Sequence record: OP557970.1
From: Escherichia phage ph0021
Direction: 5' to 3' (one strand)
Length of the DNA: 64,000 nt
Of this stretch, positions 28,359 through 38,592 are shown one piece after another. A model generated the notes under the pieces. The model ran no database searches and was not told where the DNA came from. It saw only the letters and a list, made by a program, of their open reading frames with translations. Every line of letters starts with the position of its first letter. Positions within the stretch are counted from its first letter, which is position 1. The position numbers were made by a program, and so were the translations under genes.

Positions 28359-28771
28359 TATTTTCCAGCCTCAAATGCCCGCATGTCTTGAATATGCTTA
28401 ATAGCAAATCCACGTGATTTAATAGCATCAAGAGCTCCGCTACAGAAATCCAATAAAATCCCCCAATACTGTAACGAGGTATCAACCTTTAAAACATCCT
28501 TATCAGCTGATAAAACTGTCTTCATTTCTGATTTCTCATAGCGGTCCATACTAAATTCATCACCATCTCCTCGTCCCGAGTAATAGTCTAATTTAGCTTT
28601 AAGAGCAACTTTTTTCTGTGCATCAATTCTAAGCATTTCCTTTTTAATACTTGAATGCTTATTGAGCCATTTACTATATAACATCACATTATTAGCTGCT
28701 TCATACTGTAATTTAGACGAATCTATAAACACATCTTTCTTCAATTCTTCTTGAAGATCTTCTAATCTCAT
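28358..28771 (-). CDS. uvsY: recombination mediator UvsY
   Basis: 137-aa ORF, T4 UvsY length and position. Confidence 0.88.
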   Translation of the reverse strand: MRLEDLQEELKKDVFIDSSKLQYEAANNVMLYSKWLNKHSSIKKEMLRIDAQKKVALKAKLDYYSGRGDGDEFSMDRYEKSEMKTVLSADKDVLKVDTSLQYWGILLDFCSGALDAIKSRGFAIKHIQDMRAFEAGK

Positions 28772-28837
28772 ATTGTTCTCTATTCAATTGTTATTGGATG
28801 GACTTAGATTCATTATACCACGTTTATACGTGAAGCA

Positions 28838-29236
28838 TTATACTCTATTACTGGAAGCCAGTTGCAGTTTTATCTGCTCAATATCATCAGGGTTATCGAT
28901 GACCGAAAAGCGTATTTCTACTATCAGAGTATAATCATCATAAACTGGTATTACATTAACTGCTAATTTATCAATACGTGGCTCGTAGTTTCTTACTGCG
29001 CTTTCGATATTGCGCTCAACCGTGTCAGCAGTAAGAGGAGTCATATTCTCAAAAAGTTGGTCAGATAAATCGCATCCAAATTCTGGGTCAAATGGCCTTG
29101 ACCCTTTCCTGGTTGTAATAATTCCCAAAAGGCTATTTTTAATTGACCTTAATCCAAGAGATCTAGAAACGTCTTTGTCCCAATCCATTTTCATCTCTGG
29201 GTCAATATCAGAATAAAGCTTATTAATATTTGCCAT
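28838..29236 (-). CDS. 25: baseplate wedge protein gp25
   Basis: 132-aa ORF, T4 gp25 length. Confidence 0.88.
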   Translation of the reverse strand: MANINKLYSDIDPEMKMDWDKDVSRSLGLRSIKNSLLGIITTRKGSRPFDPEFGCDLSDQLFENMTPLTADTVERNIESAVRNYEPRIDKLAVNVIPVYDDYTLIVEIRFSVIDNPDDIEQIKLQLASSNRV

Positions 29237-29862
29237 TACAATAGCTCAAAGAATTCTTTGAGTCCTCTTATTACATGAGCGTGAGTTTTTCCACACTCTG
29301 GACATTTAATTGGAACAGCCAAATAAACAGTAGGCTTTAAAAGCATATCTTTTATAGCTACAATATCTGACTCTGTGATGATAGAATATAAATCTTCCAG
29401 TTCTTTTTCATTTAAGTCTTCAACTGGAATGCTTTCACCGTTAGCGTGAATCGTTTCTATACATGATACTATCATGTGGGCTATATTTTTATCATCAAAA
29501 ATTTTAGGGTAATGGAATTTAATTTTAATGTCACCCAGTGTATACCAGAGGTCTTCTGGTGCATCTATTTGTGTATGTAATAGATTTATATGGGTTGGTA
29601 TTTCAGTTCCGCAGGTGCACTTCCAGGAGTTTTCGTGATTAACTTCGCCAAGAGAATGTGCCCATAAATGAATCAACAATAGTTCTGATTCTTGACGATT
29701 TAAATCTTTTGCATTTGTGCAGTCTTTGATTAGCTTTTTAACAATTACTTCTACGGAACCATTATTTTTGGCAGTAATAAGTTCTAGATATTCTTTAAGC
29801 GTGAATGCGCGACAGTTGATTATTTTAGAACCAACTCTCACATCAAATTTGTATTCATACAT
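29236..29862 (-). CDS. 26: baseplate hub protein gp26
   Basis: 208-aa ORF, T4 gp26 length; divergent late promoter upstream. Confidence 0.85.
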   Translation of the reverse strand: MYEYKFDVRVGSKIINCRAFTLKEYLELITAKNNGSVEVIVKKLIKDCTNAKDLNRQESELLLIHLWAHSLGEVNHENSWKCTCGTEIPTHINLLHTQIDAPEDLWYTLGDIKIKFHYPKIFDDKNIAHMIVSCIETIHANGESIPVEDLNEKELEDLYSIITESDIVAIKDMLLKPTVYLAVPIKCPECGKTHAHVIRGLKEFFELL

Positions 29863-29883
29863 ATTTAGCTCCTTTATTTATCA

Positions 29884-29895
29884 TATTTATAAATA
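29884..29895. promoter_or_regulatory. overlapping divergent late promoters for genes 26 (-) and 51 (+)
   Basis: Palindromic TATTTATAAATA gives TATAAATA on both strands between divergent starts at 29862 and 29913. Confidence 0.6.
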
Positions 29896-29912
29896 GAATA
29901 AAAGGAGCATCT

Positions 29913-30665
29913 ATGGCAAACATTATTCGTTGTAAATTACCAGATGGTGTTCATCGTTTTAAACCATTTACGGTAGAAGATTATCGAGATTTTTTGTTAG
30001 TTCGAAACGATATAGAACATCGGTCACCACAAGAACAAAAAGAAGTAATTGCTGATTTAATTGCTGATTATTTTGGAGACTATCCAAAGACTTGGCAACC
30101 ATTTATATTTTTGCAGGTATTTGTAGGTTCAATAGGTAAAACTAAAGTACCAGTCACATTTGTATGTCCAAAATGTAAAAAAGAAAAGACAGTTCCATTT
30201 GAAATATATCAAAAAGAATTAAAGGAACCTATTTTTGATGTAGCTAATGTTAAAATTAAATTAAATTTTCCTTCTGAGTTTTATGAAAATAAAGCAAAGA
30301 TGATTACTGAAAATATTCATTCTGTTCAAGTAGATGAAATGTGGTATGATTGGAAGGAAATTAGTGAATCAAGTCAAATAGAACTTGTTGACGCCATCGA
30401 GATAGAAACATTAGAAAAAATTCTCGATGCAATGAATCCTATTAATTTAACATTGCACATGTCGTGTTGCGATAAGTACATTAAAAAATACACTGATATA
30501 GTAGATGTGTTTAAGCTATTAGTTAATCCAGATGAGATATTTACTTTTTATCAAATCAATCACACACTCGTAAAAAGTAATTATAGCTTAAATTCAATAA
30601 TGAAAATGATTCCTGCCGAGCGCGGATTCGTATTAAAACTGATTGAGAAGGATAAACATCAATGA
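29913..30665 (+). CDS. 51: baseplate hub assembly catalyst gp51
   Basis: 250-aa ORF divergent from gene 26, with CPKC/CCDK cysteine motifs. Confidence 0.85.
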   Translation: MANIIRCKLPDGVHRFKPFTVEDYRDFLLVRNDIEHRSPQEQKEVIADLIADYFGDYPKTWQPFIFLQVFVGSIGKTKVPVTFVCPKCKKEKTVPFEIYQKELKEPIFDVANVKIKLNFPSEFYENKAKMITENIHSVQVDEMWYDWKEISESSQIELVDAIEIETLEKILDAMNPINLTLHMSCCDKYIKKYTDIVDVFKLLVNPDEIFTFYQINHTLVKSNYSLNSIMKMIPAERGFVLKLIEKDKHQ

Positions 30666-31834
30666 GTATGTTACAACGTCCTGGATATCCAAATCTCAGC
30701 GTTAAATTATTTGAGAGTTATGACGCTTGGAGTAATAATAGATTTGTTGAATTAGCTGCTACTATTACCACATTAACTATGCGTGACTCTCTTTATGGTC
30801 GAAATGAAGGAATGCTGCAGTTTTATGATTCTAAAAACATCCATACAAAAATGGATGGAAATGAAATAATTCAGATTTCTGTAGCTAATGCAAACGATAT
30901 TAATAATGTTAAAACACGAATTTATGGATGCAAGCATTTTTCCGTGTCAGTAGATTCAAAAGGCGATAACATCATTGCTATTGAATTGGGAACTATTCAT
31001 TCTATAGAAAATCTTAAATTTGGTAGACCATTTTTCCCTGATGCCGGTGAATCTATAAAGGAAATGCTTGGCGTAATTTATCAAGATCGTACATTATTAA
31101 CTCCAGCGATAAATGCTATTAATGCTTATGTTCCTGATATTCCATGGACTAGCACATTTGAAAACTATTTGTCATATGTAAGAGAAGTTGCTCTAGCGGT
31201 AGGAAGCGATAAGTTCGTATTTGTATGGCAAGACATCATGGGAGTTAACATGATGGACTATGATATGATGATAAATCAAGAACCATATCCAATGATTGTC
31301 GGTGAGCCAACTTTAATAGGTCAATTCGTCCAAGAATTGAAATATCCATTAGCATATGATTTTGTTTGGTTGACTAAATCAAATCCGCATAAACGCGATC
31401 CAATGAAAAATGCTACTATCTATGCTCATTCATTTTTAGATTCTTCATTACCAATGATTACTACAGGAAAGGGTGAAAACTCTATTGTAGTGTCAAGGTC
31501 AGGTGCTTATTCTGAAATGACTTATAGAAATGGATATGAAGAAGCTATTCGTCTTCAGACTATGGCGCAGTATGATGGTTACGCTAAATGTTCTACTGTC
31601 GGTAATTTTAACTTGACTCCTGGCGTTAAAATTATTTTTAATGATAGTAAAAACCAATTTAAAACAGAATTTTACGTTGATGAAGTTATTCACGAATTAT
31701 CAAATAATAATTCCGTAACTCATCTTTATATGTTCACTAATGCAACGAAACTGGAAACAATCGACCCAGTTAAGGTTAAAAATGAATTTAAAACTGATAC
31801 TACCACTGAAGAAAGTAGTTCTTCCGATAAGTAA
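30662..31834 (+). CDS. 27: baseplate hub protein gp27
   Basis: 390-aa ORF, T4 gp27 length. Confidence 0.9.
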   Translation: MSMLQRPGYPNLSVKLFESYDAWSNNRFVELAATITTLTMRDSLYGRNEGMLQFYDSKNIHTKMDGNEIIQISVANANDINNVKTRIYGCKHFSVSVDSKGDNIIAIELGTIHSIENLKFGRPFFPDAGESIKEMLGVIYQDRTLLTPAINAINAYVPDIPWTSTFENYLSYVREVALAVGSDKFVFVWQDIMGVNMMDYDMMINQEPYPMIVGEPTLIGQFVQELKYPLAYDFVWLTKSNPHKRDPMKNATIYAHSFLDSSLPMITTGKGENSIVVSRSGAYSEMTYRNGYEEAIRLQTMAQYDGYAKCSTVGNFNLTPGVKIIFNDSKNQFKTEFYVDEVIHELSNNNSVTHLYMFTNATKLETIDPVKVKNEFKTDTTTEESSSSDK

Positions 31835-32315
31835 TAAAGAAGTTTCTATTCCTAAGATGGGTCTTAAACATTATAACATTTTAAAAGATGTTAAAGGTCC
31901 TGATGAAAATTTAAAGCTTCTTATTGATTCTATTTGTCCAAATTTATCACCGGCAGAAGTTGATTTCGTTTCTATTCATTTGCTAGAATTTAATGGAAAG
32001 ATTAAATCTCGTAAAGAAATAGATGGTTATACTTATGATATTAATGACGTTTATGTATGCCAAAGATTGGAATTTCAATACCAAGGAAATACATTTTATT
32101 TTAGACCTCCTGGAAAATTTGAACAATTTTTAACTGTAAGCGATATGTTATCCAAATGCTTGCTTAAGGTCAATGATGAAGTTAAAGAAATTAATTTTCT
32201 TGAGATGCCAGCATTTGTTTTAAAATGGGCAAATGATATTTCTACAACTTTAGCAATTCCTGGCCCTAATGGTCCAATAACCGGAATTGGCAATATTATT
32301 GGATTATTTGAATGA
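31782..32315 (+). CDS. 28: baseplate hub distal protein gp28
   Basis: ORF track opens at 31740; an internal ATG at 31782 gives 177 aa. Start uncertain; overlaps the gp27 3' end. Confidence 0.7.
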   Translation: MNLKLILPLKKVVLPISNKEVSIPKMGLKHYNILKDVKGPDENLKLLIDSICPNLSPAEVDFVSIHLLEFNGKIKSRKEIDGYTYDINDVYVCQRLEFQYQGNTFYFRPPGKFEQFLTVSDMLSKCLLKVNDEVKEINFLEMPAFVLKWANDISTTLAIPGPNGPITGIGNIIGLFE

Positions 32316-34084
32316 AAAAGCCACAAGAAATGCAAACGATGCGTAGAAAAGTTATTTCAGATAATAAACCAACACAGGAAGCGGCTAAATCCGCTTCTAA
32401 CACTTTATCTGGACTTAATGACATATCTACGAAATTGGATGATGCTCAAGCTGCCTCTGAATTAATAGCTCAAACTGTCGAAGAAAAATCGAATGAAATA
32501 GTTGGAGCAATTGATAACGTTGAAAGCGCAGTAAGTGATACTACTGCCGGTTCTGAGTTAATTGCTGAAACTGTTGAAATTGGCAACAATATTAATAAAG
32601 AAATCGGTGAATCGCTCGGAAGCAAATTAGATAAATTAACAAGTTTACTGGAACAAAAAATTCAGACAGCTGGAATTCAGCAAACTGGAACGAGTTTAGC
32701 AGTAGTCGAAAATGCTATTCCTGTTAAAGTCGTCGAGGATGATACAGCTGAATCTGTGGGTCCTTTATTACCGGCTCCTGAAGCAGTTAATAATGATCCT
32801 GATGCTGATTTTTTCCCTACTCCTCAGCCAATTGAACCAAAACAAGAGTCTCCAGAAGAGAAGCAAAAAAGAGATGCATTTAACTTAAAATTATCTCAAG
32901 CTTTAGATAAATTAACAAAGACAGTTGATTTCGGATTTAAGAAATCTATTTCAATTACTGATAAAATATCTAGCATGCTATTTAAGTATACCGTCAGTGC
33001 TGCTATTGAAGCTGCTAAAATGGTTGCATTGATAATGGCTGTTGTTATTGGAATAGACCTGCTGATGGTTCATTTTAAATACTGGTCAGATAAATTTTCA
33101 AAAGCCTGGGATTTATTTAGCACTGATTTTAAAACTTTCTCAAGCGAAACAGGAACTTGGGGCCCTTTATTACAAAGCATCTTTGAATCTATTGATGAAA
33201 TTAAAAAGTTCTGGGAAGCTGGAGATTGGGGCGGATTAACAGTAGCTATTGTTGAAGGGCTTGGAAGTGTTCTTTATAATTTAGGAGAGCTTATTCAATT
33301 AGGTATGGCTAAATTATCTGCAGCAATTCTTCGAGTCATTCCTGGCATGAAGGATACTGCTGATGAAGTAGAAGGAAGAGCATTAGAAAATTTCCAAAAT
33401 TCTACTGGAGCATCTCTTAATAAAGAAGACCAAGAAAAAGTAGCAAATTATCAAGATAAACGAATGAATGATGATCTTGGCCCAATAGCAAAAGGATTAG
33501 ACAAAATTGCGAACTGGAAAACTCGTGCATCTAACTGGATTCGTGGTGTAGATAATAAAGAAGCATTGACTACTGACGAAGAACGTGCAGCAGAAGAAGA
33601 AAAATTAAAACAACTTTCACCGGAAGAAAGAAAAAATGCTTTAATGAAAGCTAATGAAGCTCGTGCTGCGATGATTCGTTTTGAAAAATATGCTGATTCA
33701 GCTGATATGAGCAAAGACTCGACAGTTAAATCAATTGAAGCTGCTCATGAAGACCTTAAAAAACGAATGAATGATCCGGATTTAAATAATTCACCAGCAG
33801 TTAAAAAAGAACTTGCTTCTAGATTTGCTAAAATTGATGCCACTTATCAAGAGCTCAAGAAAAATCAACCTGAAGCAAAACCTGAAACTTCTGCTAAATC
33901 ACCAGAAGCAAAACAGGTCCAGGTGATTGAAAAGAACAAAGCACAACAAGCTCCTGTTCAACAAGCATCTCCTTCAATCAATAATACTAATAATGTTATT
34001 AAGAAAAATACTGTCGTTCATAATATGACACCTGTAACGAGCACGACTGCTCCTGGTGTATTTGGTGCGACGGGAGTTAATTAA
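32312..34084 (+). CDS. 29: baseplate hub / tail length determinator (tape measure) gp29
   Basis: 590-aa ORF, T4 gp29 length; central hydrophobic segment and coiled-coil regions. Confidence 0.9.
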   Translation: MKKPQEMQTMRRKVISDNKPTQEAAKSASNTLSGLNDISTKLDDAQAASELIAQTVEEKSNEIVGAIDNVESAVSDTTAGSELIAETVEIGNNINKEIGESLGSKLDKLTSLLEQKIQTAGIQQTGTSLAVVENAIPVKVVEDDTAESVGPLLPAPEAVNNDPDADFFPTPQPIEPKQESPEEKQKRDAFNLKLSQALDKLTKTVDFGFKKSISITDKISSMLFKYTVSAAIEAAKMVALIMAVVIGIDLLMVHFKYWSDKFSKAWDLFSTDFKTFSSETGTWGPLLQSIFESIDEIKKFWEAGDWGGLTVAIVEGLGSVLYNLGELIQLGMAKLSAAILRVIPGMKDTADEVEGRALENFQNSTGASLNKEDQEKVANYQDKRMNDDLGPIAKGLDKIANWKTRASNWIRGVDNKEALTTDEERAAEEEKLKQLSPEERKNALMKANEARAAMIRFEKYADSADMSKDSTVKSIEAAHEDLKKRMNDPDLNNSPAVKKELASRFAKIDATYQELKKNQPEAKPETSAKSPEAKQVQVIEKNKAQQAPVQQASPSINNTNNVIKKNTVVHNMTPVTSTTAPGVFGATGVN

Positions 34085-34092
34085 GGAATAAT

Positions 34093-35187
34093 ATGGCAAT
34101 TGTTAAAGAAATAACTGCTGATTTAATTAAAAAGTCCGGTGAAACAATTTCAGCCGGACAGAGTACTAAATCAGAAGTAGGAACTAAAACATACACAGCC
34201 CAGTTTCCAACTGGGCGTGCTAGTGGTAATGACACTACAGGGGACTTCCAGGTAACAGATCTATATAAGAATGGATTATTATTTACTGCATACAATATGT
34301 CATCTAGGGATTCTGGAAGTCTTAGAACGATGAGATCTAACTACTCTTCTTCATCTTCGAGTATTTTACGTACAGCCAGAAACACTATCAGTAATACAGT
34401 ATCAAAACTATCAAATGGACTAATATCAGATAATAATTCAGGAACAATAAGTAAAGTTCCTGTTGCAAATATTCTTTTACCTAGATCTAAATCTGACGTC
34501 GATACGTCATCACATAGATTTAATGATGTTCAAGATAGTCTTATTACAAAAGGTGGAGGTACTGCTACTGGTGTGCTAAGCAATATGGCTTCAACCGCAG
34601 TATTTGGAGCGCTGGAAAGTATAACACAAGGTATAATGGCTGATAATAATGAACAGATTTATACGACAGCCAGAAGCATGTACGGCGGTGCTGAAAATAG
34701 AACTAAAGTGTTCACTTGGGATTTGACTCCGCGCTCAACAGAAGATTTAATGGCTATTATTAATATCTATCAGTATTTTAACTATTTTTCTTACGGTGAA
34801 ACTGGTAAATCTCAATATGCTGCTGAAATAAAAGGATATCTAGATGAGTGGTACCGTTCTACTTTTATTGAGCCGTTAACTCCAGAAGATGCAGTTAAAA
34901 ATAAGACGTTATTTGAGAAAATGACATCGAGTTTAACTAACGTTCTTGTAGTTTCAAACCCGACAATTTGGATGGTGAAAAACTTTGGTGCAACATCTAA
35001 GTTTGATGGAAAAACGGAAATATTCGGTCCATGTCAAATCCAGAGTATCAGATTTGATAAAACACCTAATGGTAACTTTAACGGATTAGCTATTGCTCCA
35101 AATCTCCCTAGTACATTTACTCTCGAGATTACTATGAGAGAAATTATCACGTTAAACCGTGCTTCTTTATATGCGGGGACTTTTTAA
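34093..35187 (+). CDS. 48: baseplate tail tube cap gp48
   Basis: 364-aa ORF, T4 gp48 length. Confidence 0.88.
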   Translation: MAIVKEITADLIKKSGETISAGQSTKSEVGTKTYTAQFPTGRASGNDTTGDFQVTDLYKNGLLFTAYNMSSRDSGSLRTMRSNYSSSSSSILRTARNTISNTVSKLSNGLISDNNSGTISKVPVANILLPRSKSDVDTSSHRFNDVQDSLITKGGGTATGVLSNMASTAVFGALESITQGIMADNNEQIYTTARSMYGGAENRTKVFTWDLTPRSTEDLMAIINIYQYFNYFSYGETGKSQYAAEIKGYLDEWYRSTFIEPLTPEDAVKNKTLFEKMTSSLTNVLVVSNPTIWMVKNFGATSKFDGKTEIFGPCQIQSIRFDKTPNGNFNGLAIAPNLPSTFTLEITMREIITLNRASLYAGTF

Positions 35188-36152
35188 TGTATTCTTTAGA
35201 GGAATTTAATAATCAAGCAATAAACGCAGATTTCCAACGTAATAATATGTTTAGCTGCGTTTTTGCAACAACTCCATCAACTAAAAGCTCTTCGTTGATA
35301 AGTTCAATTAGCAACTTTTCTTATAATAACTTGGGCCTAAATTCAGATTGGTTAGGATTAACTCAAGGCGATATTAATCAGGGAATTACTACGCTAATTA
35401 CAGCTGGCACACAAAAACTGATAAGAAAATCAGGGGTTAGTAAATATCTTATTGGTGCCATGAGTCAACGTACAGTTCAAAGTTTATTAGGCTCATTTAC
35501 AGTTGGTACATATTTAATTGACTTCTTTAACGTGGCATATAACTCATCTGGATTGATGATATACTCTGTAAAAATGCCAGAGAATAGATTATCCTATGAA
35601 ACTGACTGGAACTATAATTCTCCTAATATTCGTATAACTGGGAGAGAATTAGACCCTTTGGTTATTTCATTCAGAATGGATTCAGAAGCTTGTAACTATC
35701 GTGCAATGCAAGACTGGGTTAACGCTGTTCAAGACCCAGTAACTGGATTGCGTGCTTTGCCGCAAGATGTCGAGGCAGATATTCAGGTTAATCTTCATTC
35801 TCGCAATGGATTACCACATACTGCGGTGATGTTCACTGGATGCATTCCAGTGTCCGTAAGCGCTCCTGAGTTATCATATGATGGAGATAACCAAATAACT
35901 ACATTTGATGTTACTTTTGCGTATAGAGTGATGCAGGCTGGAGCAGTTGATAGACAAGCTGCCCTTGAATGGCTTGAATCTGCTACTATAAATGGTATTC
36001 AAAGCGTTCTCGGAAATAGTGGAGGTGTTACTGGACTATCTAATTCGCTTTCACGACTTAGTAGATTAGGGGGAACTGCAGGAAGCATTTCAAATATTAA
36101 TACTATGACAGGAATTGTCAATTCGCAGAGTAAAATATTAGGAGCAATATAA
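35187..36152 (+). CDS. 54: baseplate tail tube initiator gp54
   Basis: 321-aa ORF, T4 gp54 length; followed by a bidirectional terminator. Confidence 0.88.
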   Translation: MYSLEEFNNQAINADFQRNNMFSCVFATTPSTKSSSLISSISNFSYNNLGLNSDWLGLTQGDINQGITTLITAGTQKLIRKSGVSKYLIGAMSQRTVQSLLGSFTVGTYLIDFFNVAYNSSGLMIYSVKMPENRLSYETDWNYNSPNIRITGRELDPLVISFRMDSEACNYRAMQDWVNAVQDPVTGLRALPQDVEADIQVNLHSRNGLPHTAVMFTGCIPVSVSAPELSYDGDNQITTFDVTFAYRVMQAGAVDRQAALEWLESATINGIQSVLGNSGGVTGLSNSLSRLSRLGGTAGSISNINTMTGIVNSQSKILGAI

Positions 36153-36156
36153 CAAT

Positions 36157-36174
36157 GGGGACCGAAAGGTCCCC
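36157..36174. terminator. bidirectional terminator between convergent gene 54 and the alt-region transcript
   Basis: GGGGACC-GAAA-GGTCCCC hairpin flanked by T-rich sequence. Confidence 0.65.
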
Positions 36175-36180
36175 ATATTT

Positions 36181-36471
36181 TTATTTACGGAATGAAATGA
36201 AAGCAGAAACTGAAGCAACTAAACTGTCTTCAATATAAACTTCAATTTTTACCGGAGCTTCTGACTCAAATTTACCTGTTACTACACCTTGGAAAATACT
36301 TTCAGTCTGTTCTGGCTTTGAAAAATTTTCAGAAGGAAAAATTCCGAACTTTTTATCTGTTCCAAAAATTTTGATAAATTCATCGTAAACTGCTTCATTA
36401 AAAGCATTATCAGCAGGAATAACTCCTTCAACTACAAGTTCTTGACCTAAAAAGCGCAAAGAAGATTTCAT
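36181..36471 (-). CDS. hypothetical protein downstream of the alt genes
   Basis: 96-aa ORF with its own early promoter (GTTTAC-N17-TTATAGT) and ribosome-binding site. Confidence 0.6.
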   Translation of the reverse strand: MKSSLRFLGQELVVEGVIPADNAFNEAVYDEFIKIFGTDKKFGIFPSENFSKPEQTESIFQGVVTGKFESEAPVKIEVYIEDSLVASVSAFISFRK

Positions 36472-36502
36472 TTTGTGTTCCTCATGTTATGTCAGTAAGA
36501 CT

Positions 36503-36532
36503 ACTATAACACAACACGAGGGACTTGTAAAC
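36503..36532 (-). promoter_or_regulatory. early promoter (GTTTAC-N17-TTATAGT)
   Basis: Minus-strand -35 GTTTAC and -10 TATAGT upstream of the 96-aa ORF; near-identical to the alc promoter. Confidence 0.6.
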
Positions 36533-38589
36533 TACATTTTGAACTTTTTAGACATTCCGTTGATGTTAACCAAAGAAGTCAAGATTTGAGAAACTTCATT
36601 TTCCTCTTCTTTTGATTCTTCTACAAGGAATTGATTAAATCCAGCCATTGGACGAACTTCACCAGTTTCCATTAGATGGTCTCCATCATATACTGATTCT
36701 TCTAATTGTTCAGAAGGAGGAACGATTGTACCTTCGATTAGATACTTGTTATAAGCAGTTTCTTTCATAAAGTACGTACTTACTTTATTAATCTTCAGTA
36801 AAATTCCACGTGGTAGAATAACTTCAGCTTCTGACGGAAATCCTGATAAATGACCTGGAACGATAACTTTGATTCGCTCAGCTCCTTTAATTACCATACC
36901 CACGCTAGTTTCTGCATCTTCATTAGCATATGTAGAATGACTACCCATATGCATCAAATCTTCTGCATCAACGGAACCTTCTCCTTCACCAGAAAATACT
37001 GCGCCGGAATCATCTAGAGCCATATAGTTTTTACCATGCTCACCGAAGATATTTGGTTTAAGCGATGTGGATACGAAGTTCTTGAAATAGAACATTTTAT
37101 TTTCAATGTTATGACGCAAAGTTTTAAAGGTAACTTCTTGCCCACGGTAAAGTGTAGTTCCTGGAGGAAGAACTGATCCTTTGGCAAAGGCAGAATCTAA
37201 CGTCTCGATGTGCTTAATAGCTCGTTCCATGTATTCTTCACGGGTAGAATCTGGTTTACCCAAAAGGAACGAGTTCATTTCAACATATGAATCTGCACAA
37301 TAATCTTCAATTACATCAGATTCAGCCTGAGTCAGTCCTTTTGGAGCTACTTCGGTGCTTGCGTATTCATATGCCTGGGCAGCAGATTCATTAATCAATT
37401 TATAAATGCCATTCATGACAAATTGAATAATAGCTGTCTTTTCATCTGGTGTGGTTTTAGAACCTTTAACTAAATCATTAATAATTTTCTTAATAACATC
37501 AAAGCTATTAGAAATATTAATGTCAGCAAGATCGCTTAAAATTTTATCAGTTTTATAATCAAAGAATTCTTTATTCTTTAAATATTCTTGAGAACCTTGA
37601 TATGTTATATCGCTCTGCAACTTGATAGATGGATCACGTAAACGTGCATGGGCTAATGCAATATGATTTCGGAAACTTTCTAGTTCATAATCGTTAGATT
37701 TAAAACGAAAAGCACTTCTCATACCACCGATAGCTCCTTTGCTGAAGTTTGAACCAATCTGAATAACGCCAGAGTTCATTGGTCCTTCTGCTTTATATAC
37801 CGGAACTTTAGATTCAAATTCTTGATATTTCTTAGCAGCGAAGCTATCACCCTGAAGTGAAGCATCAACAGTAGAATATTGAGCTTGTGCTGCTAATCGA
37901 CGACTAATTTTAGTTTTCTGAATAACAGCTTGATCCGTGCGCTTATCATTTTCTAAAGCAATAGAAGCAGCAACAGCAACAGCTTTAGGAACAGCATTAC
38001 CTGTTTTAACGTCTACATAAACATCACCAACCTTTGATTCAACTTTTGTGAATAACTCGGTTGAAATAGGAGGTACACCTGGAATGTCTTCTAAATTGGC
38101 ATTTTTACGGTAAACCATAATATATGCGTACTTTTTATCATAATCCCAGATTTCCTTTAAAAGAACATATCGACCTGCTCCTTTAGTACGTACTAAACGG
38201 TCAGCAATAACTTGCATTTGACGAGCTGCGCCATTTGTTTTACTTTTTAGTACGCGGAATAGGCATGCATCAATTTTATACTGCTTCATTGTTTGAAGAG
38301 CAGTATCAAAAACAGCATTAATGACGCCAATTGGATTTCCACCCAAGTTTTTAAGCTTAACTAATGATAGTTTCTCATTAACACCTATCATTACGATATG
38401 CATCATTTTGTCGCCTGGCTTAACGTTTTTATTCGTATCACCGCCAGAGGTGTATGTACAAAATCTAAATCCAGGAAGCACGCTTTCTTCACCTGCTTGA
38501 ATAGCAAAAATTTGAGGTATTTTATGCTTAGGATTTAAGTTAACAACCGGCGCCGAAGCGCCGTCAAATAATTCTGTAATAAGTTCCAT
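36532..38589 (-). CDS. Alt-like ADP-ribosyltransferase paralog (second copy)
   Basis: 685-aa ORF; N-terminus MELITELFD... parallels Alt; retains candidate R-S-E class motifs (LYRGQ, FVSTSL, SEAEVILPRG). Confidence 0.8.
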   Translation of the reverse strand: MELITELFDGASAPVVNLNPKHKIPQIFAIQAGEESVLPGFRFCTYTSGGDTNKNVKPGDKMMHIVMIGVNEKLSLVKLKNLGGNPIGVINAVFDTALQTMKQYKIDACLFRVLKSKTNGAARQMQVIADRLVRTKGAGRYVLLKEIWDYDKKYAYIMVYRKNANLEDIPGVPPISTELFTKVESKVGDVYVDVKTGNAVPKAVAVAASIALENDKRTDQAVIQKTKISRRLAAQAQYSTVDASLQGDSFAAKKYQEFESKVPVYKAEGPMNSGVIQIGSNFSKGAIGGMRSAFRFKSNDYELESFRNHIALAHARLRDPSIKLQSDITYQGSQEYLKNKEFFDYKTDKILSDLADINISNSFDVIKKIINDLVKGSKTTPDEKTAIIQFVMNGIYKLINESAAQAYEYASTEVAPKGLTQAESDVIEDYCADSYVEMNSFLLGKPDSTREEYMERAIKHIETLDSAFAKGSVLPPGTTLYRGQEVTFKTLRHNIENKMFYFKNFVSTSLKPNIFGEHGKNYMALDDSGAVFSGEGEGSVDAEDLMHMGSHSTYANEDAETSVGMVIKGAERIKVIVPGHLSGFPSEAEVILPRGILLKINKVSTYFMKETAYNKYLIEGTIVPPSEQLEESVYDGDHLMETGEVRPMAGFNQFLVEESKEEENEVSQILTSLVNINGMSKKFKM

Positions 38590-38592
38590 GAT

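Noticed and set aside
28772-28837. Candidate sigma70-like or late-like promoter upstream of uvsY (TATAAT and TATAAAC on the - strand)
   Set aside because: One mismatch to the late consensus and no clear -35 or MotA box; not strong enough to annotate.
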